Both the position numbers and the translations under genes were made by a program. Source: Erysipelotrichaceae bacterium (GTDB taxonomy: Bacteria; Bacillota_I; Bacilli_A; Erysipelotrichales; Erysipelotrichaceae). Taken from it: a stretch of 32,000 nucleotides of DNA. Under the pieces are notes generated by a model. It made no database searches. It was given only the letters and a program-made list of their open reading frames with translations, and was not told the origin of the DNA. Position 1 is the stretch's first letter; each line of letters starts with the position of its first letter. Positions 27,625 to 32,000 of the stretch are shown here, in pieces. The DNA lies in the NCBI GenBank assembly GCA_963676105.1, contig OY781039.1, positions 570,001 through 602,000 on the forward strand. The letters are read 5' to 3'.

Positions 27625-28871
27625 TAATTAAATAAAACCGCACAGTAGGTTTTCTTCCCTTTCTTAATCACTGCGACTTGATTGTAAAGTGCATTTTCTT
27701 TTTTAAGCACGAAATCTAAATCAGTTTGTTTTTCACCATTGATTGAAACTGACCCATTTTGTATTAGTTCACGTGCCTCACGTTTACTTACTGCTATTTT
27801 CGCATTGACGAGTGTATCAAGCAAGTTTTCATCAGCACTTAGTTCATAAGTCGGTGCTGATGATAGTGCTTCTTTCAATTCACTCAAACTGAGTTCACTC
27901 CATAAATTACTAAAGAAAACCTGAGTAATCTTTAAGGCACTTTCTAAGGCTTGTTTTGAATGGACTAGTTCAGTTAATTCTTCTGCCAACGCTTTTTGAG
28001 CTGCACGTTTATGTGGCTCTTCTTGAACACCCTTTTCAAACGCCATGATTTCATCAGGTGTTTTCATGGATAATCGTTTCATGAAATCAATGATGTCTGC
28101 ATCAGCTACATTCACAAAATATTGATAGAAAGCATATGGAGATGTTCTTTCAGCTGATAACCAAATGTTTTGACCTTCAGATTTACCAAATTTAGAACCA
28201 TCACTATTCGTAATTAAGGGTGATGTTACGCCAAAAACTTTTGAATTTTCAACTGTTTTACGAATTAATTCAGTCCCGCTGGTTAAATTACCCCATTGAT
28301 CACTCCCACCAATTTGGCACTCACAATTATAGTTTTTGTATAGATGCAAGAAATCTATTGCTTGTAAGATGGTGTAGGTAAATTCAGTAAATGAAATTCC
28401 TGAATCTAAACGAGACGCAATGGTATCTTTCGCAATCATATAGTTGATATTAAAATATTTACCATAATCTCTTAAAAAGGATAGTAAATCAATTTGTGAT
28501 AACCAGTCATAGTTATTTAAAGATAATAAAGCATTATCCCCTTCACTACTACAAAATTTATCAAGCTGAATACGAATATGACGACCATTTTCACGAATCT
28601 GTTCTAAGGTTAATAGTTGTCTTTCAGAGGTTGGACGAGGATCACCTATCATTCCTGTTCCACCACCTAATAAAGCTATTGGTGTATGACCTTGATCTTG
28701 ATAACGCTTTAATAATAAAAGTTGTTGTAAAGATCCAATATGTAGTGAATCTGCGGTTGGATCAAACCCACAATATAGTGTCATTGGTGTTTTTAAACGT
28801 TCTTTAAAACCTTCTAAATCAGTGACATCTTTGACTAAACCACGCCACTCTAATTCTTCAAAAAAATTCAT
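27624..28871 (-). CDS. tyrS: Tyrosine--tRNA ligase
   Basis: HIGS (class I HIGH) in YCGFDPTADSLHIGSL, KFGKS (KMSKS) and a C-terminal S4 domain. ATG at 28871 follows AAGGAG. The tracked TTG at 28889 is leader sequence. Confidence 0.95.
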   Translation of the reverse strand: MNFFEELEWRGLVKDVTDLEGFKERLKTPMTLYCGFDPTADSLHIGSLQQLLLLKRYQDQGHTPIALLGGGTGMIGDPRPTSERQLLTLEQIRENGRHIRIQLDKFCSSEGDNALLSLNNYDWLSQIDLLSFLRDYGKYFNINYMIAKDTIASRLDSGISFTEFTYTILQAIDFLHLYKNYNCECQIGGSDQWGNLTSGTELIRKTVENSKVFGVTSPLITNSDGSKFGKSEGQNIWLSAERTSPYAFYQYFVNVADADIIDFMKRLSMKTPDEIMAFEKGVQEEPHKRAAQKALAEELTELVHSKQALESALKITQVFFSNLWSELSLSELKEALSSAPTYELSADENLLDTLVNAKIAVSKREARELIQNGSVSINGEKQTDLDFVLKKENALYNQVAVIKKGKKTYCAVLFN

Positions 28872-28890
28872 GTTCTTCTCCTTAATCAAA

Positions 28891-29118
28891 TAAAAAGCAC
28901 CCGCTAAGGGTGCTTGATTTGCACGGTACCACCTTAGTTAGTTCTTAAAACTTAAGAACCTACTCATCACTTTAACGCAGTGTTACGACTTTACTTTTCA
29001 TAAAGTTGCTCAAAGGTGTATTCATAAGTAACCTTGCAATTGTTTTCAGCAGCCACAATTGTCTCTAAATTTTACCGGTCATTTATTACTTAATCTTCTC
29101 AATGCAATTTAATTACTA
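28891..29118 (-). promoter_or_regulatory. T-box riboswitch leader with a tyrosine (UAC) specifier
   Basis: All read on the minus strand. Stem I carries GAGAAGATTAAGTA and AGAGA elements. The specifier loop is GAA-TAC-A, with the codon at 29018-29020. The T-box sequence AACTAAGGTGGTACCGTGC lies at 28921-28939. The terminator AGCACCC-TTAGC-GGGTGCT plus TTTTT lies at 28891-28914. Confidence 0.9.
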
Positions 29119-29122
29119 TACT

Positions 29123-29150
29123 AGTATACGACTATTTTGTAGATTGTCTA
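29123..29150 (-). promoter_or_regulatory. Promoter candidate for the tyrS T-box operon
   Basis: On the minus strand: TAGACA (29145-29150, inside the ccpA 3' end), a 16-nt spacer, then TATACT (29123-29128). Confidence 0.5.
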
Positions 29151-30121
29151 GGCGTATATAAATAACTCAATTCAATTTCTTTTTCATCAACTGGATCTTG
29201 TTTCAACATTTTAGTCATTACACGCATTGAAACAGCCCCTAAATCATAAGATGGAATGGTGAAACTAGATAGTTGAGGTCTAACCATCGAATTGTATTTT
29301 GTATCTACGATACAAACAACTTCCATTTCATTTGGAATGCTAATTCCATTTTCACTGGCCGCATTATTGATAGCCAAGGCTTGTGAATCACGATGGGCAA
29401 TAATAAGTTCATGCTTATGATCTTTTAGATATTCTTTTAAATACGTGTAAGATGAACGATATTCAGCAGGAATTTCAATAAATTGTTTAAACTCTTTTCC
29501 TTTTTCACTAAAGGCTAAGGATGCGCCTTTAATCATTTCATCAATCATATATTTATTTTTACGGTCTTGAATAATCGCAATATCTTCAACACCTTTGTCT
29601 AAGTATTTCTTTGTTAATTCATATACCGCTTTACGCAAATCGACAAATACAGAACAGATATTTTCAGTTGACATTTTATTGCCAATCATAACAATTGGGA
29701 AATCATATTTGGTTAAAGCACCCAATTCAGTATCCATCATTTTATCGTTATAAATGACCACACCATCAACTCGTGATTTAATGATATTTTCAATAACATC
29801 CGCGATTGAAACAATCCCTTCAGATGCAGTATGCAACATAATATTATATTTATAGATTTTTGCGACATCCAAAATACCATTAATAATTTGACCTGTATAA
29901 GAAAAACTTGCTTCAGGTACAACTAAGGCTATGGTTGTTGTTTTTTGTAGGGCTAATCCTTGCGCAATCGCATTTGGTTTATACCCTAAACGATCAATCG
30001 CATCATTAACACGTTGTCTAGTATCTTCACGCACAATTTCTAAGCCATTAATGACACGTGAAACCGTTGCTAAAGAGACTTTAGCTTCTTTGGCTACATC
30101 ATAAATCGTTACGCGCTTCAT
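29132..30121 (-). CDS. ccpA: LacI-family transcriptional regulator, probably catabolite control protein A
   Basis: HTH TIYDVAKEAKVSLATVSRVINGLEIVREDTRQRVNDAIDRLGYKPNAIAQGLA, plus a periplasmic-binding-protein-like core (IYKYNIML resembles CcpA). The murC-ytxG-ytxH...ccpA neighbourhood matches B. subtilis. Confidence 0.7.
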   Translation of the reverse strand: MKRVTIYDVAKEAKVSLATVSRVINGLEIVREDTRQRVNDAIDRLGYKPNAIAQGLALQKTTTIALVVPEASFSYTGQIINGILDVAKIYKYNIMLHTASEGIVSIADVIENIIKSRVDGVVIYNDKMMDTELGALTKYDFPIVMIGNKMSTENICSVFVDLRKAVYELTKKYLDKGVEDIAIIQDRKNKYMIDEMIKGASLAFSEKGKEFKQFIEIPAEYRSSYTYLKEYLKDHKHELIIAHRDSQALAINNAASENGISIPNEMEVVCIVDTKYNSMVRPQLSSFTIPSYDLGAVSMRVMTKMLKQDPVDEKEIELSYLYTPRQSTK

Positions 30122-30639
30122 TCTTCAGTTTTCTCTTCTTCTTTATCTTCAGGTTTTAACCAACCTTTTAGTTTGTCAACGCCTTTGTCAGCTAATTCAA
30201 TGGTTTTATCTTTAGCTTTGTCGATGTTTTTTTGTACATCTGGACGCTCAAAGTATTCTTTAGTTTTACCACTGACATAGTCATAGGTGTCTTCAGCACC
30301 TTCTTTGACACTATCAACAACTTTTTTAAAAGTTTCATTTTCATTAACTTTATCAGATACACGTTTTGCACTTTCAACCACTGGATCAGTTAAGTCTTTG
30401 AAACGCTCACGCACTTCTTCATCTTTGGCAACTTCACCCACTTTTTTACCTAGAACTGACGCAGCTTCTCTCACTTTTTGGTAAAATTCGTCAAGTCCTT
30501 CTTTTAGATGTACATCTTCAGCGAAAGCTTTTGAATGTTTGGCTGCTTTATCCATGACATCTTTAAAACTTTCTTTTTCACGAGCTTCAGATTCAGTTTC
30601 CATTTCTTCAGCATTCATTTCTTTATTTTCTTCCATCAT
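30118..30639 (-). CDS. Highly charged K/E/D-rich protein with no TM, in the position of ytxH (general-stress or LEA-like)
   Basis: 173 aa of low-complexity amphipathic repeats. GGAGGA SD. Its stop overlaps the ccpA start (ATGA). Confidence 0.5.
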   Translation of the reverse strand: MMEENKEMNAEEMETESEAREKESFKDVMDKAAKHSKAFAEDVHLKEGLDEFYQKVREAASVLGKKVGEVAKDEEVRERFKDLTDPVVESAKRVSDKVNENETFKKVVDSVKEGAEDTYDYVSGKTKEYFERPDVQKNIDKAKDKTIELADKGVDKLKGWLKPEDKEEEKTEE

Positions 30640-30654
30640 AAATTCCTCCTGATG

Positions 30655-31044
30655 TTATATCGAATCGCCTTCTTCAGGCTCATAAACACTTTCTTCAACG
30701 TTCATATCAGTTTTATTAAATAAAGCCAAGAACCAGTTTTTGATTGTGTCATAATTTTCAACGACTAGTTTTGCTAATTTAGTTAATGATTGAGAAGCCA
30801 TTGCTCCTGCTGCATCAATTCCATTTGTAACTGCACGAACAGTTTTTATAGATGCAGATACATCATCCATTGCTTCATCTACAACGCCAAGTGTTTTCTC
30901 GAGATGCTCTACGGTCGCACTAGCTTGCTTTATCAGATCAAACACATTCTTGAGTAAGACCAAAAGAAAAATCAGTACGCCCGCACCCAAAATTGGTAAG
31001 ATTAGCACTGATACTTCCCTTAATATTTGTAGTAATTCATCCAT
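30655..31044 (-). CDS. DUF948/YtxG-like membrane-anchored protein
   Basis: N-terminal TM (VLILPILGAGVLIFLLVLL) followed by a helical domain. Lies directly downstream of murC, as ytxG does in B. subtilis. AGAGGTG SD. Confidence 0.6.
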   Translation of the reverse strand: MDELLQILREVSVLILPILGAGVLIFLLVLLKNVFDLIKQASATVEHLEKTLGVVDEAMDDVSASIKTVRAVTNGIDAAGAMASQSLTKLAKLVVENYDTIKNWFLALFNKTDMNVEESVYEPEEGDSI

Positions 31045-31064
31045 ATCTGCACCTCTTTAAAATC

Positions 31065-31093
31065 ATTATAGATATAAATGAAAGAATTTTCAA
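31065..31093 (-). promoter_or_regulatory. Sigma-A-type promoter for the ytxG-like/ytxH-like/ccpA genes
   Basis: On the minus strand: TTGAAA (31088-31093, overlapping the murC stop), a 17-nt spacer, then TATAAT (31065-31070). Confidence 0.55.
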
Positions 31094-32000
31094 TGATTTT
31101 GGTAGCGCTTTAATAAATCTGAAAGAATATAGATATCTTTTGATGACATAAACAGATAAACGGCAGGTTTTAAGCCTTCTAAAATCTTAGCTCCTGTTTC
31201 ATTTTCTTCAATAACCATAGAGTCATCAATACGTTTTTGAAGATAGTCAATGGTGATATCATAGCCTTCTTCTTGATCATCAATCGCATTAAAACCTACT
31301 AAGTAACAATCATCGGCTTTTCTTAACGCTTTCGCAAAATCATCCACAAAATGATACAAACGAGACACACGATGTGGTTTAAAAATCGCAACTAATCGTT
31401 TATCAGGATATCTAAGTCTTGCCGCATCTATCGTAACGGATACTTCAGTAGGATGATGGGCATAATCATCAATATAGACATTATCGCCAATTTCTTCGAC
31501 GACAAATCGACGTGCAGCATTTTCAAAGCTGGCAATTCCCTTTTGAATGACATCCATTGGAACACCTTCTGCAATCGCAATAGACATACAACCAATCGCA
31601 TTCCAAACTAAATGACGACCAGAAAATGGTAGTTCAATAATACCTTTATCTTCACCACAGTAATTTAGTTGCAGTCTTGTATGCACTTTATCTTCAGATA
31701 AAATCGTCCCAACAATATCATTATCAGGATTTAGACCATAGGTATACGCTTTACAATGTACATTTAGTGATTTAACTAAAGGATCATCACCGAATAAAAA
31801 TAAAGCTTCTTTGATATTTCGTGAATACTCTTCATAGGCATGACGATATTCATCTTCTGTTTTAAAGAAATCAACGTGATCATAATCCACATTGGTAATA
31901 AGAGCGAATTTTGGATGATAGGAATGAAAAAATCGACGATATTCGTCAGCTTCAACCACAAAGTATTTATCCGAACTACTCAAATGACCATGACCATCAC
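31090..32000 (-). CDS. murC: UDP-N-acetylmuramate--L-alanine ligase, C-terminal about 300 aa (5' end outside the window)
   Basis: VVEADEYRRFF, NVDYDHVDFF and DDYAHHPTEV Mur-ligase motifs. The frame stays open to base 32000 (…DGHGHLSSSDKYF). Confidence 0.85.
   Translation of the reverse strand, partial: DGHGHLSSSDKYFVVEADEYRRFFHSYHPKFALITNVDYDHVDFFKTEDEYRHAYEEYSRNIKEALFLFGDDPLVKSLNVHCKAYTYGLNPDNDIVGTILSEDKVHTRLQLNYCGEDKGIIELPFSGRHLVWNAIGCMSIAIAEGVPMDVIQKGIASFENAARRFVVEEIGDNVYIDDYAHHPTEVSVTIDAARLRYPDKRLVAIFKPHRVSRLYHFVDDFAKALRKADDCYLVGFNAIDDQEEGYDITIDYLQKRIDDSMVIEENETGAKILEGLKPAVYLFMSSKDIYILSDLLKRYQNH

Noticed and set aside
29117-29128. Perfect 12-bp palindrome TATACTAGTATA between ccpA and the T-box leader, as a possible operator
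   Set aside because: It is AT-only and coincides with the predicted -10 region. It does not resemble a cre site (TGWAANCGNTNWCA). It is too short and low-complexity to call a binding site.
1271-30723. Antisense (plus-strand) ORFs of 60-104 aa inside minus-strand genes: 1271-1525, 2342-2581, 4316-4531, 4754-4957, 5293-5493, 6056-6301, 7235-7486, 9684-9998, 10410-10622, 10678-10872, 12018-12254, 16671-16859, 18807-19307, 22304-22821, 23257-23442, 26817-27029, 28496-28807, 30287-30723
   Set aside because: Each lies entirely or almost entirely opposite a well-supported conserved gene. None has an SD or promoter. Their composition is low-complexity, Ser/Leu/Phe-rich, as expected of shadow frames.
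10873-31961. Same-strand alternative-frame ORFs: 10873-11070, 12232-12420, 15566-15748, 20244-20432, 29737-29922, 30192-30377, 31776-31961; also 23824-24021 opposite rpsD
   Set aside because: They are embedded out of frame in conserved genes (topA, rplS, thiI, ccpA, murC). They are Lys/Leu/Ile-rich as expected by chance in AT-rich DNA and have no ribosome-binding sites.

Overview
This window is a core housekeeping chromosome segment of a low-GC, cell-walled Firmicute (Bacillota); GC is about 35% by eye. The genetic code is standard, and TAA, TAG and TGA all act as real stops. Nearly the whole 32 kb is coding and almost all of it lies on the minus strand. From my recollection of Bacillus subtilis gene order, the window is collinear with two blocks. 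The first block is rpsB-tsf-pyrH-frr-uppS-cdsA-rseP, then dprA-topA-trmFO-xerC, then ffh-rpsP-khpA-rimM-trmD-rplS-lepB-rbgA-rnhB. The second block is ezrA-nifZ/iscS-thiI, rpsD, an rsuA-like gene, ytgP/murJ, tyrS with a Tyr T-box, ccpA, ytxH/ytxG-like genes and murC. I found no rRNA, tRNA, CRISPR array, transposase, phage, toxin or recognisable defence genes, and no convincing novel multi-gene system, so I treat this as an ordinary region. Four things merit a second look. (1) An in-frame TAG separates rseP from its own predicted last transmembrane helix. (2) Directly downstream of rseP is a 653-aa single-pass membrane protein made of about 9 PASTA-like repeats, with no kinase or PBP domain and a recent internal two-repeat duplication. 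(3) An unknown 3-TM protein is translationally coupled to T-box-controlled tyrS. (4) Ribosomal protein S2 has a long Arg/Glu-rich C-terminal tail. All calls come from manual reading and motif recognition; no searches were run.
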